NCBI GenBank assembly: GCA_964016885.1 | Contig: OZ024749.1 | Span: 13,082,001 to 13,146,000, forward strand | DNA: 64,000 bases | DNA from: Eledone cirrhosa | Taxonomy: Eukaryota | Direction of reading: 5' to 3' | Translations under genes and position numbers: made by a program | Shown: positions 14,223-26,654 of the stretch, one piece after another | How positions within the stretch are numbered: the first letter of the stretch is position 1 | Layout of the letters: each line of letters starts with the position of its first letter | Notes under the pieces: generated by a model | What the model was told of the DNA's origin: nothing | Databases searched by the model: none | Seen by the model: only the letters and a program-made list of their open reading frames with translations

Positions 14223-14996
14223 ATCTCTCCTATCCCTCACTCTCTTATCTGCAGACTGCAGAACATAAAAAAAAAAAAAATGAATGATCTCTTTTGATAT
14301 TCATTAGAAAATAAGATAAATTGAATTTAAATGAATTCCTTGCTTTGCAAAGTAAAACATTTTCGACCGTTACCTGTCCGAGTGTATAGTGAATATGTAC
14401 AGGTAATTTTGAGAAGTTTGGTCCGGTAGTTTGCTAGTTTTAGGCAGACACAGAATCGTAAACTTGCATTTATATATATATATATGTACTTTGGTGCGTT
14501 ATGGTCCACCTGGTTCCTTACCACATTTCCTTCGTTATATATATATAGAGATAGAAGATATATATATACGGCGGGAGAGAGAGACATAGCGAAGAAGAGA
14601 GAGAGAGATTATCTCTGTAACTATTCGTCGATATATGTATATACATGTATGTAGGTATATTGTGTATAGTGTTCTGTTAGATAACATAGCAGTAACTATA
14701 TCTAACTATCTATATATATATATCGGTTATTATATTGTAAGCAGAAGCTGTTAAATGTCACTGCTGACGCTGTTGCTGCTGTAATTCCTGACAGATATTT
14801 TCTTTCATCCTACAAGTCTTAACTCCATTAACAGGAAAACATGATGGAGGAATTATCATACTTCATATGACAGTAATGGCTTGTTTATTTAACGAAATTT
14901 GAAGTCTACAGCGTCCATCTAATATGCAAACAATTCCAAAGTATTATGTTCGATACAGTTGATGTAATATATATATATATAAATATACATACATAC

Positions 14997-15405
14997 ATGG
15001 TGGCTGACAACTCGTTTTCGAGTACGGCCACTACTTTATATCCATGTAGGAGAACCCCTACCGATGCGCTGAACGAGTGTGACTTTTTAATCCAGCCAGA
15101 GACTTGAAAACTCTGGTACAAATACTACACTTGTGAGAATTACTGACACATAGTGCTGGGCCCATGGTACCGTGTGACGACAAGTGCAGAGAGATCTCCA
15201 GACATAAAGCAATGCCTGTGCGGTGAAGCTTTTATAGTGAGCAAAGGCACTGCACAAAGCCAGTCCCTCTCTCTTAACCAAGATGATATTTACCAAAAAG
15301 AAGAACAGGTCAACATCATTGGATACCATCAGGGTTGCAGATGTTATATCAGAGTTTTCCTTCTCCTAGAATTCTGTCTTGACAAAGGCTAAGGGGTCAT
15401 CTCTC
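14997..15405 (-). mobile_element. Non-autonomous RTE-derived element, 5'-truncated copy 1
   Basis: High identity to 15691-16303; flanked by (ATAC)n. Confidence 0.85.
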
Positions 15406-15690
15406 ACATACATACATACATACATACATACATACATACATACATACATACATACATACATACATACATACATGCGAAACATAGACAGAAATAACAATGG
15501 AAACAACACAATACAATGAAAATATATATTAGTTTTAGGCTTAATACGGTAGGATAAGCGTCTTTACATTTCGGACATTTTAATCCTTTATCAGGAGATA
15601 AAATAAAAGATACAGATGAAAGGGGAAATACAGAGAAGAAGGAACAGAAAATATGTATGTATGTATATATGTATATTTATATATATTTAT

Positions 15691-16303
15691 GTCAGGTCAC
15701 CAGTTGGTGCTACTGGTAACATGTATCCCAGTACAACCTGTCCCATGGTCGGGTCGTTGGCGACTAAACTGGCAACTCCACCAAGGTTTCTTGGTGAGGA
15801 GGGTGACTTTGGACATCCTGCAGGACTAAAAACAAAACCTGTCAAAGGGCAAAGGAGCTCTTAAGAGTCAATGGCCATCCAAATTCACCGGGAGAGATGA
15901 CCCCTTAGCCTTTGTCAAGGCAGAATTCTAGGAGAAGGAAAACTCTGATATAACACCTGCAACCCTGATGGTATCCAATGATGTTGACTTGTTCTTCTTT
16001 TTGGTAAATATCATCTTGGTTAAGAGAGTGGGACTGGCTTTGTGCAGTGCCTTTGCTCACTATAAAAGCTTCACGGCACAGGCATTGCTTTATATCTGGA
16101 GATCTCTCTGCACTTGTCGTCACATGGTACCATGGGCCCAGCACTATGTGTCAATAGTTGTCACAGGTGTAGTGTTTGTACCAGAGTTTTCAAGTCGCTG
16201 GCTGGACTAAAAAGTCACACTCGTTCAGCGCATCGGTAGGGGTTCTCCTACATGGATATAAAGTAGTGGCCGTACTCGAAAACGAGTTGGCAGCCACCAC
16301 CAT
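15691..16303 (+). mobile_element. Non-autonomous bipartite RTE-derived element (~610 bp), full-length copy 2
   Basis: RTE-5'UTR-like motif CTAGGAGAAGGAAAACTCTGA; 3' part encodes CSVCTRVFKSLAGLKSHTRSAHR* (C2H2 finger like those at RTE ORF ends); terminal stem-loop CTCG-AAAA-CGAG; 5 copies in window. Confidence 0.8.
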
Positions 16304-16304
16304 A

Positions 16305-16472
16305 TTTATATATATGTATGTATGTATATATATATATATATAAATATATATATATGTGTGTGTGTGTATATGTGTGTATATTTATATCTATATGTATATG
16401 TATATATATATACATGTATATGTATATTTATATATATATATGTGTATGTTTATTTATATATATATGTGTGTA

Positions 16473-16537
<65 letters not shown>

Positions 16538-16967
16538 TTATATATGTATATTTATATATGTATATATATATGTATATTTATATATATGTATATATATATA
16601 TATGTATATATAAGTATATTTATATGTATATGTATATATATGTATATTTATATATATATATGTATATTTATATATATATATATGTATATATATATATGTA
16701 TAGATGTACGTGTGTATATATATTTATATATATATGTATATTTATATATATATGTATATATATATATGTATATATATATGTGTATATATATATGTATGTG
16801 TATATATGTGTGTATATGTGTATATATATATGTATATGTGTATATATATATGTGTATATATATATGTATATATATATTGTATATATATATATGTATATGT
16901 GTGTATATATATATATATATGTATATGTGTGTATATATATATATATATGTATATGTGTGTATATATA

Positions 16968-17063
<96 letters not shown>
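16305..17063. repeat. (TA)n/(TG)n microsatellite array
   Basis: Direct reading. Confidence 0.9.
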
Positions 17064-17065
<2 letters not shown>

Positions 17066-17663
17066 AGCACTGAGTTATTTAATTTGTTGATTATCCAACA
17101 ATTTAATTTATTACAGATTAGACGCACTCAATAAGAACTCAACAAGAACTTAATCTTGTGATTTGAAGTTTTCTTCACTATTCAAATAGAACTCACAACG
17201 TTAAATTCTTGTCTGAATATGTCACTATCTGTAAACCAACTTTTGTATTTTATCTGATGAGAGCGTACCAAAATGTTGGTACCCTTCAAACATATAATAA
17301 AATAAATATGGTTTTGCAAAGATAGCTTCCATTTATTAATATTATTTCTGAAGACAGTATATATATGTGTAGGTATGTATATTCCCTCTGATAGTTTGTA
17401 AAAACTTTACATAGATCTATATGATATACATACCAACACAAACATATATATCCTAGAAACGATCGTAAAATGATGAATTTTTTAATATAAGGAACTGTTT
17501 CTTTGTTTTTATTCATTATTTTTATTAATTCATCTTGACTCTGTTTTCCTGTATTTTTCATCGGAAAATTTTTTCTTTGCATACATCTTCTCTTTTCATG
17601 ATATTCGGATTACATCGAGTTTTTCATACGGATTAGACACTACCGGACATTTTGGTAGATTTA

Positions 17664-18151
<488 letters not shown>

Positions 18152-18223
18152 CATTATGAAGAGAGAAGAAACATTTAGATATAATTAGTAATAAAATGTA
18201 TCATACCTAAACTGTTCCTAAAT

Positions 18224-18311
18224 TCCTCGACTACGTAGTTTCGTGGCATAAACAAAAACAATATATCAAAGATATAGAGTCCTTGCGAGGTCTGCCGACT
18301 TATCAAGAGGA
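18224..18311 (-). ncRNA. Type I hammerhead ribozyme, U3-A8 core (copy 1)
   Basis: Reverse complement of 19091-19178. Confidence 0.8.
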
Positions 18312-18814
18312 TACCTCATTTTACTAGTCTCAAGAACGCGTCTACACGACGTGAGAAAGAATCCCAAAAGGCGGAGGGGGAGACAGTCACGCGATATAAC
18401 GGTCGAGAAACAGAGCTAAGCCTCTTATAACCACGAAGAAAATACCACAGAGGCGGAGGGGGCATTCATATCGAGGCCGTAGAAGAGGTAGTGAAGAAGG
18501 CGAGAAGTATGAGTAATGGAAGCTTTCCAGTTGTCCCCACACTTCAAATATTGCTCGACCAGAGGGAGTTATTAATATATTTAGAAACACACAGATACAT
18601 GCGGACACACACATATATACATGAATGCATCCGCACCCAACTGCGAGTTAAGGGTGCCAACTTCACCGATGTTGCTCAATGAATGACTGGGACAGACCAA
18701 TTCAGTTTGAACCAGACTGAACCAGTATCAGAGTTAAAAATACATTATGAAGAGAGAAGAAACATTTAGATATAATTAGTAATAAAATGTATCATACCTA
18801 AACTGTTCCTAAAT

Positions 18815-18902
18815 TCCTCGACTACGTAGTTTCGTGGCATAAACAAAAACAATATATCAAAGATATAGAGTCCTTGCGAGGTCTGCCGACTTATCAAGAG
18901 GA
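18815..18902 (-). ncRNA. Type I hammerhead ribozyme, U3-A8 core (copy 2)
   Basis: Same as copy 1, 591 nt away. Confidence 0.8.
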
Positions 18903-19090
18903 TACCTCATTTTACTAGTCTCAAGAACGCGTCTACACGACGTGAGAAAGAATCCCAAAAGGCGGAGGGGGAGACAGTCACGCGATATAACGGTCGAGAA
19001 ACAGAGCTAAGCCTCTTATAACCACGAAGAAAATACCACAGAAAATACCACGTCGTGTAGACGCGTTCTTGAGACTAGTAAAATGAGGTA

Positions 19091-19178
19091 TCCTCTTGAT
19101 AAGTCGGCAGACCTCGCAAGGACTCTATATCTTTGATATATTGTTTTTGTTTATGCCACGAAACTACGTAGTCGAGGA
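19091..19178 (+). ncRNA. Type I hammerhead ribozyme, U3-A8 core (copy 3)
   Basis: Stem I TCCTC/GAGGA; core TTGATAA; stem II GT(C)GGCA/TGCCAC; GAAA; palindromic stem III CTACGTAG; GUC site, predicted cut after 19173. Confidence 0.8.
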
Positions 19179-19409
19179 ATTTAGGAACAGTTTAGGTATG
19201 ATACATTTTATTACTAATTATATCTAAATGTTTCTTCTCTCTTCATAATGTATTTTTAACTCTGATACTGGTTCAGTCTGGTTCAAACTGAATTGGTCTG
19301 TCCCAGTCATTCATTGAGCAACATCGGTGAAGTTGGCACCCTTAACTCGCAGTTGGGTGCGGATGCATTCATGTATATATGTGTGTGTCCGCATGTATCT
19401 GTGTGTTTC

Positions 19410-19450
<41 letters not shown>

Positions 19451-19651
19451 AATAATAAATTTGAAGACTAAAATCCAAAGAGGGCTCGATAAGGATAAAT
19501 ATATATCAAATATATAAGAACCGTAGAGCAAATATTTTAATCTGTTGTTTTAATAAATCTGTTAATAAATTTGTTATTTTAATAAATATATATATATATA
19601 TATATATATACGATATTAAACAAATGGAAACTATATTTATAAAACCATATT

Positions 19652-19717
19652 TATTTCATTATATATATTTCAGGGATACCATATTAAAAATATGGTATGC
19701 CTTCCTCAGACAAAATA
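19652..19717 (-). ncRNA. Minimal type I hammerhead in the PLE 3' repeat (sense to ORF)
   Basis: Reverse complement of 23476-23541. Confidence 0.8.
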
Positions 19718-21247
19718 CAATATATAAACCGTTTTATAAATAAATTTGACATACCTAGAACAGTGCAACTTCCATTTAAAAAGTTGATTTGGTAGTGAAA
19801 ATGTTGAGGACAGTTAAAAAGAAGGACGAAGAGAAAAAAGAAAAAAAAAAAAGAAAAGAAAAAAGAAGAGAAGAAGAAAGAAAGTGTATAGCGCTAAGGA
19901 CAGTTAGAGAAGAAGATGAAGAGATGTATGCAAAGAAAGCAACAGAGCGAGATAGAGAGAAAGAGATATGGGAGAGAGAAATATATTGAGGGAGTGAAAA
20001 ATGATAGGCAGCTTGGAGACAGATGATCAGCGTACAAATGAGATATTAAGGAGGGATGGGGGTACTGTAATTATTTATTTATTTATTTATTTAGTTATAG
20101 TGTTAAGGATACGGAGAGAAATATGATAAATAAAGAGAGGTAGAGAGAGATATATGTGGTGGGAGAAAAGAGGTAGATCGAGTAATATCTATCATACGAG
20201 GTGGGAGAGATACAGTTAAAAACAGCCGATATATAAGTCCCGTCAAGTGTAGAGGAGAAAAAGAAAGAAAGATGATATATTTAAAATATATTTAAAATAT
20301 TATGTCTCGTCGATTTGAATTATCAATTCATATGCATTAGGTATTACAATGTAGATATCAATATTCATGAATGAGACACATATCAATAATGTGTGAAAAA
20401 TGAAAAAATAATGACCCCATGTTTAGTTTAAAAATTCTTAGGTTTATAAGCAAAATTTGAGATAAAACTTCAAAAATACTGAAATACATAAGTATATATG
20501 TATTTTCATGAAAAAAGAAAAAGAGAAAAGAGAAGGTTATCTCAAATTCAAGTTGACAATTATGGACACACATGTGAATTTACGTGATCGGCTCTGTAAA
20601 ATCATATTTTCATGAAAAGCTTCATTGCGTTACAAAAGATTCCACCATACATATATGTACATACATATATATATAGACATAAAATGTACATTAATATTAA
20701 TAATAATATTCTTGCCCTCACTTACATGATTATCGTTCAAGCATAGAATAGACAACAGATATCAATACATTAAAAATATATTAAAAAATATATTAAAAAA
20801 TATACTAAAAAAATATATTAAAAATGCCAAGAATATCTTCGTCACTCCACTGAGTAACTAGGGACGCAATAAAACATAGTATGCCACGCATATCAACCAC
20901 AGAAAACCACCCTTCAAATTTATTTGACAATATATTGAGTTCATTAGAAGCAAATTTATTTGACAATATATTGAGTTCATTAGAAGCAATCATAATCAAA
21001 AGTAAACTAAACCAAAATTATTCAACAAACCTTATTTAGCAGAAATCATTCAAAAAAAATTTATTCTACAAATGCTCTTATATTTATTATAGAAGTTTAT
21101 CTAGCTTAAAAATTTATTCAATAGATTGGGAACATCACCATTATAGGGTACTTTAATTAATCTTATTAATTTATATACTCATGCAGAAGGTTTTAAAAAA
21201 ATTAACCGGCAAGTTTCATAAATAGTTAAATATCTTAAGTAAATATA

Positions 21248-22200
21248 CTACATTTTAAATTTATATTTATATCTAAAAGTTGAGTTCAATCTATGTCTGC
21301 AGCAGCTGAATAAATTGGTCCGTAAATTAAGTGAATTTTTAGATTTTAGTATAAAGAATATCTCCTCCGCGCAGAGGTCACATGTCTCAGAAGAGGAATT
21401 AAAAGGAATCCCTTTTGAGACTATATTCCAAACCATCGAATATCCAACGTTATCATGTTTAAGTTGCCAGAGTAAACCTGATAGGGATGTTGAAGATTTT
21501 TTACTTGGATCCGTGAAAGAATTCTTGTGATTATTATAGCGAAGTTTAAATTCTGTCGAGGTGGAACCAACATAATTAAAAGAATTTAAGTCAGTTTTAA
21601 CATTACAGTTGTATATTATATTTTTAACTAAGCAATTGTTATTTAGCGGACATTTAGATCTATCTCTACAGTTACAGTTGTTTACTTGAATATTGTTTAG
21701 GCTATTTTCGGTATTTTGGCTAGGTTTTAGATTCCTATTATTTATTCTATTAATATTTTGTGCTAAATTTTTGGTGGCCGAGTATGTTAATTTTATGGTA
21801 TGTCTATTGAAAATTGAGTGATACTTATGTGTTCTAGGGAAGCGTTTGTCAAGAGCATTAAAAAATAGTTTAGCGATGTGGGTTTTAATGTTTAGTAAGA
21901 AAGGGGGGGGGGGGGGGGCAAACCATATTATATTTCTAGTTCTATTTCTTTTCTGGTTTTTGGAATTATTGTAATGCTTTCTATTATAGTTGTTAAAGTT
22001 GTTACTGTGATTAAAATTGTTGTAATTTCGGTTAGTTTGTCTATTATCGATGTACATAATTTTATCAGTATATCCTGCTCTAGCTAACGCATCATTGTAA
22101 TACTGGGCTTTTTCGTCGAAAATATTTTTATTAGATGAGATTCTAGAGATACGTTTTTGAACAGAGTTCACTATAGTATTTTTGACAGATCTGGGGTGAT
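21248..22200 (-). CDS. C-terminal part of a PLE polyprotein (RT thumb, Cys linker, GIY-YIG endonuclease), 5'-truncated
   Basis: NHPRSVK..KRIS..SS; WFAPP..F; CNC..CPL...C; NIIY..YVGST..FKLRYNNH; CDLC..E..LN..CRH; frame open to the inversion junction at ~22200. Confidence 0.88.
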
Positions 22201-23475
22201 TAGATCTGGGGTGATTAGTTTACTTTTGATTATGATTGCTTCTAATGAACTTGACAATATATTGTCAAATAAATTTGAAGGGTGGTTTTCTGTGGTTGAT
22301 ATGCGTGGCATACTATGTTTTATTGCGTCCCTATTTACTCAGTGGAGTGACGAAGATATTCTTGGCATTTTTAATATATTTTTTTAGTATATTTTTAAAT
22401 ATATTTTTTTATATATTTTTAATGTATTGATATCTGTTGTCTATTCTATTCTTGAACGATAATCATGTAAGTGAGGGCAAGAATATTATTATTAATATTA
22501 ATGTACACTTTATGTCTATATATATATGTATGTACATATATGTATGGTAGAATCTTTTGTAACGCAATGAAGCTTTTCATGAAAATATGATTTTACAGAG
22601 CCGATCACGTAAATTCACATGTGTGTCCATAATTGTCAACTTGAATTTGAGATAACCTTCTCTTTTCTCTTTTTCTTTTTTCATGAAAATACATATATAC
22701 TTATGTATTTCAGTATTTTTGAAGTTTTATCTCAGATTTTGCTTATAAACCTAAGAATTTTTAAACTAAACATGGGGTCATTATTTTTTCATTTTTTCAC
22801 ACATTATTGATATGTGTCTCATTCATGAATATTGATATCTACATTGTAATACCTAATCCATATGAATTGATAATTCAAATCGACGAGACATAATATTTTA
22901 AATATATTTTAAATATATCATCTTTCTTTCTTTTTCTCCTCTACACTTGACGGGACTTATATATCGGCTGTTTTTAACTGTATCTCTCCCACCTCGTATG
23001 ATAGATATTACTCGATCTACCTCTTTTCTCCCACCACATATATCTCTCTCTACCTCTCTTTATTTATCATATTTCTCTCCGTATCCTTAACACTATAACT
23101 AAATAAATAAATAAATAAATAATTACAGTACCCCCTTCCCTCCTTAATATCTCATTTGTACGCTGATCATCTGTCTCCAAGCTGCCTATCATTTTTCACT
23201 CCCTCAATATATTTCTCTCTCCCATATCTCTTTCTCTCTATCTCGCTCTGTTGCTTTCTTTGCATACATCTCTTCATCTTCTTCTCTAACTGTCCTTAGC
23301 GCTATACACTTTCTTTCTTCTTCTCTTCTTTTTTCTTTTCTTCTTTTTTTTTCTTTTTTCTCTTCGTCCTTCTTTTTAACTGTCCTCAACATTTTCACTA
23401 CCAAATCAACTTTTTAAATGGAAGTTGCACTGTTCTAGGTATGTCAAATTTATTTATAAAACGGTTTATATATTG

Positions 23476-23541
23476 TATTTTGTCTGAGGAAGGCATACCA
23501 TATTTTTAATATGGTATCCCTGAAATATATATAATGAAATA
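23476..23541 (+). ncRNA. Minimal type I hammerhead in the inverted PLE repeat
   Basis: Stem I TATTTTGT/ATGAAATA; CTGAGGA; stem II AGG(C)ATACCATATT/AATATGGTAT(C)CCT; GAAA; palindromic TATATA; AUA site. Confidence 0.8.
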
Positions 23542-23668
23542 AATATGGTTTTATAAATATAGTTTCCATTTGTTTAATATCGTAAACCTACTCCAAAACC
23601 TGTTGAGTGCTTTTATATCAGTTATAAAATATTTACTCGTTGTAACCCTACAATTTTAAATAAAACTT

Positions 23669-23709
<41 letters not shown>

Positions 23710-23849
23710 TTATAATGAACCAGGCAATTAGATTTCCTATAGGATCACCGTTTTCCTCTTAATCCATGATTTTGCAAAAATAGTATGCTGTGAATACGAA
23801 TTTGCATATTAGAGAGAAGTCAATCCGTTACATAGTGAAATTCTTTCAT

Positions 23850-24130
23850 TGTGTACTCCTCTCAAAGGCTGGTTATATCACCTGAAGTCACATGAAAGGA
23901 TAACCACCCACAACACCACTCAACAAAAACCTGGCGAAACAACATACGTGATATGCAACAAAGTCCCGGACTAAAAAAGCACATGGTCGTGCATAAAGAT
24001 TTGTCTCACAGGGTGACCCTACCGATCGTGTGAAAACTCTGTTATGTCACCTGTGTCGTAAACCATGCAGATCTATAGCTGTTCTATGAAGTCGTGGCCG
24101 CCGATGAGATGAGATGACAACGAAGAATTA
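23850..24130 (+). mobile_element. Old degenerate LINE 3' end (RTE-like) with C2H2 remnants
   Basis: Fragments YVICNKVPGLKKHMVVH and LCHLCRKPCRSIAVL. Confidence 0.35.
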
Positions 24131-24207
24131 ATAAGAAACGGCAATGATCTGTGAGGACGCTGCAATTATGTCTGTATTTATACATATATGCATGTGTTTG
24201 CTTGAGA

Positions 24208-24274
<67 letters not shown>

Positions 24275-24397
24275 GGAGGTGAGTTTTATTGTAGTACAAT
24301 AAAGCAATGCAGATATCGGATAAGAAGCACTCTACAGTTTGTAGGACTGGAGTATGCATAATATAAGATCAAAAGATGGTTAAAGGAGTTCCATGTA

Positions 24398-24464
24398 TTT
24401 TATTATGCGCATTTCAAAAACAAACATCATCATGCAATAATATTTGTGTTTTCATCAGATAAAA
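24398..24464 (-). ncRNA. Minimal type I hammerhead (mirror copy)
   Basis: Reverse complement of 24585-24651. Confidence 0.8.
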
Positions 24465-24584
24465 CAGGAGAACATGATATGAAGGCTAAAAAACACTTGT
24501 GGATAGTGCAGTTTTAAATCTACATGTAGATTTAAAACTGCACTATCCACAAGTGTTTTTTAGCCTTCATGTCATGTTCTCCTG

Positions 24585-24651
24585 TTTTATCTGATGAAAA
24601 CACAAATATTATTGCATGATGATGTTTGTTTTTGAAATGCGCATAATAAAA
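24585..24651 (+). ncRNA. Minimal type I hammerhead
   Basis: TTTTAT/ATAAAA; CTGATGA; stem II AAA(C)ACAAATATTAT/ATGATGTTTGT(T)TTT; GAAA; palindromic TGCGCA; AUA site. Confidence 0.82.
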
Positions 24652-24702
24652 TACATGGAACTCCTTTAACCATCTTTTGATCTTATATTATATATATATA
24701 TG

Positions 24703-25070
24703 TATAACCAACGATTAATATGGTTCATTGATTACTCAATGAATATAGTTTTACAATAGATTAAAAGCACTCTACACGGAAAAGATTTCTGGAGTTATTA
24801 ATATTCAGAATATTAATAAATTAAGTCATTCACATAATCAAAATATATGTTTTATTAAATATATTTCGAAGGTACTGTGCTGTTTTGTCAGTACGTCCAC
24901 GTCAATACTGGAATTGAAGCATGAAGACCGTTGTAGTATGTCATACATCAATTCATGTATTTTATCTGACGAGGACGTACTGAACAAACAGTACAGTACC
25001 TTCGAAATATATATAATAAAACATATATTTTGATTACGTGAATGTCTTGATTTATTATTATTTTGAATAA
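24703..25070. mobile_element. Older inverted pLTR-like pair (same family as 48250-48490)
   Basis: The reverse complement of 24703-24915 matches 48335-48490 and, in part, 24966-25070. Confidence 0.7.
24960..25021 (+). ncRNA. Minimal type I hammerhead
   Basis: TTTTAT/ATAAAA; CTGACGA; stem II GGA(C)GTACTG/CAGTAC(C)TTC; GAAA; TATATA; AUA site. Confidence 0.8.
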
Positions 25071-25087
25071 TATATATATATATATAT

Positions 25088-25340
25088 ATCACCTTGACCG
25101 ACCAGTCTGTCGCGCGCCAATCGGCGCCGCTGGTCACAGCACGTCGTGCTGTTTTAGCCATAAGATAACGCCAACCCACCGGCTGGGCGGACAGGCCAGT
25201 AATCATTTCTACAGCTGAGTAAACTGGAGCAACGTGAAATAAAGTGTCTTGCTCAAGGAAATAAAATATCACCCGGCTCTAAGAATTGAACTCACAACCT
25301 TTCGATTGCAAGCCCAATGCTCTAACCACTAAGCCTTCTC
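25088..25340 (-). mobile_element. tRNA-derived SINE (second family)
   Basis: A-box-like GGCTTAGTGGTTAG, B-box-like GAGTTCAATTC, central TCCTTGAGCAAGACACTT motif common in SINE bodies. Confidence 0.75.
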
Positions 25341-25422
<82 letters not shown>

Positions 25423-25468
25423 TCGATTATACATGTGTACAAATGATGGTATAGGGCTACCTAAACAC

Positions 25469-26075
25469 ATGGTGGCTGCCAACTCGTTTTCGAGTATGGC
25501 CACTACTTTATATCCATGTAGGAGAACCCCTACTGATGCGCTGAACGAGTGTGACTTTTTAGTCCAGCTAGCGACTTGAAAACTCTGGTACAAACACTAC
25601 ACTTGTGACAATTACTGACACATAGTGCTGGGCCCATTTTACCCTGTGATGACAAGTGCAGAGAGATCTCCAGATATAAAGCAATGCCTGTGCCGTGAAG
25701 CTTTTATAGTGAGCAAAGGCACTGCACAAAGCCAGTCCCACTCTCTTAACCAAGATGATATTTTCCAAAAAGAAGAACAAGTCAACGTCATTGGATACCA
25801 TCAGGGTTGCAGGTGTTATATCAGAGTTTTCCTTCTTCTAGAATTCTGCCCTGACAAAGGCTAAACGGTCATCTCTCCCGGTGATTTTGGATGGCATTTG
25901 ACTCTTAAGAGCTCCTTTGCCCTTTGGCAGGTTTTGTTTTTAGTCCTGCAGGATGTCGAAAGTCACCCTCCTCACCAAGAAACCTTGGTGGGGTTGCCAA
26001 TTTAGTCGCCAACGACCAGACCATGAGACAGGTTGTACTGGGATACATGTTACCAGTAGCACCAACTGGTGACCT

Positions 26076-26078
<3 letters not shown>
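25469..26078 (-). mobile_element. Non-autonomous RTE-derived element, full-length copy 3
   Basis: Same 5' end (GTCAGGTCACC) and 3' end as copy 2. Confidence 0.85.
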
Positions 26079-26147
<69 letters not shown>

Positions 26148-26172
26148 CATATTTACATACATACATATATAC

Positions 26173-26654
26173 ATGGTGGTGGTTGCCAACTCGTTTTGGA
26201 GTACGGCCACTACTTTATATCCATGTAGGAGAACCCCTACTGATGCGCTGAACGAGTGTGACTTTTTAATCCAGCCAGCGACTTGAAAACTCTGGTACAA
26301 ACACTACACTTGTGACAATTATTGTCACATAGTGCTGGGCCCATGGTACTATGTGACGACAAGTGCAGAGAGATCTCCAGACATAAAGCAATGCCTGTGC
26401 GGTGAAGCTTTTATAGTGAGCAAGGGCACTGCACAAAGCCAGTCCCACGCTCTTGACCAAGATGATATTTACCAAAAAGAAGAACAAGTCAACATCATTG
26501 GATACCATCAGGGTTGCAGGTGTTATATCAGAGTTTTCCTTCTTCTAGAATTCTGCCCTGACAAAGGCTAAGCGGTCATCTCTCCCGGTGATTTTGGATG
26601 GCCATTGACTCTTAAGAGGTCCTTTGCCCTTTGACAGTTTTTGTTTTTAGTCCT
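26173..26654 (-). mobile_element. Non-autonomous RTE-derived element, 5'-truncated copy 4
   Basis: Homology to copy 2. Confidence 0.85.

Larger units (their letters stand above)
7381..14485 (-). mobile_element. Helitron, formerly autonomous and now degenerate
   Basis: Minus-strand 3' hairpin ACCCGG-gtatca-CCGGGT, 7 nt, then CTAT at 7381-7409. 5' end TATATATATAAATGCAAG..GTGTCTG..AACTACCGGACCAAACTT at ~14410-14485 resembles animal Helitron 5' ends (terminal TC blurred by the TA run). RepHel reading frame inside; CT-rich minisatellites in the 5' region. Confidence 0.8.
19609..23672 (-). mobile_element. 5'-truncated Penelope-like retroelement with ~1.4-kb inverted pseudo-LTRs
   Basis: 19609-21010 is the reverse complement of 22215-23584; GIY-YIG ORF between the arms; hammerhead in each arm; (TA)n on both flanks. 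Confidence 0.88.
24272..24690. mobile_element. Hammerhead-bearing fold-back element with a 332-bp spacerless palindrome (24359-24690)
   Basis: Axis at 24524/24525 (TCTACA|TGTAGA); one visible mismatch; extra tail 24272-24358; (TA)n flanks. Confidence 0.85.

Noticed and set aside
15087-15392. Repeated 79-80 aa ORFs (MLGPW.., MVSND..) as a gene family
   Set aside because: Incidental frames in a multi-copy non-autonomous retroelement
15555-15600. Minus-strand CTGATAA..GTCCGAAA motif (also decayed motifs near 24852-24907, 32925, 59425 and 60428)
   Set aside because: Uncompensated core changes or missing stems; probable fossils only
17246-17304. Hammerhead CTGATGA..CAAA
   Set aside because: Catalytic G12 is replaced by C; decayed relative of 23476, not counted as functional
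19609-23584. DNA transposon or foldback element with long TIRs
   Set aside because: The internal ORF is PLE RT thumb/GIY-YIG, and the arms are asymmetric and carry hammerheads
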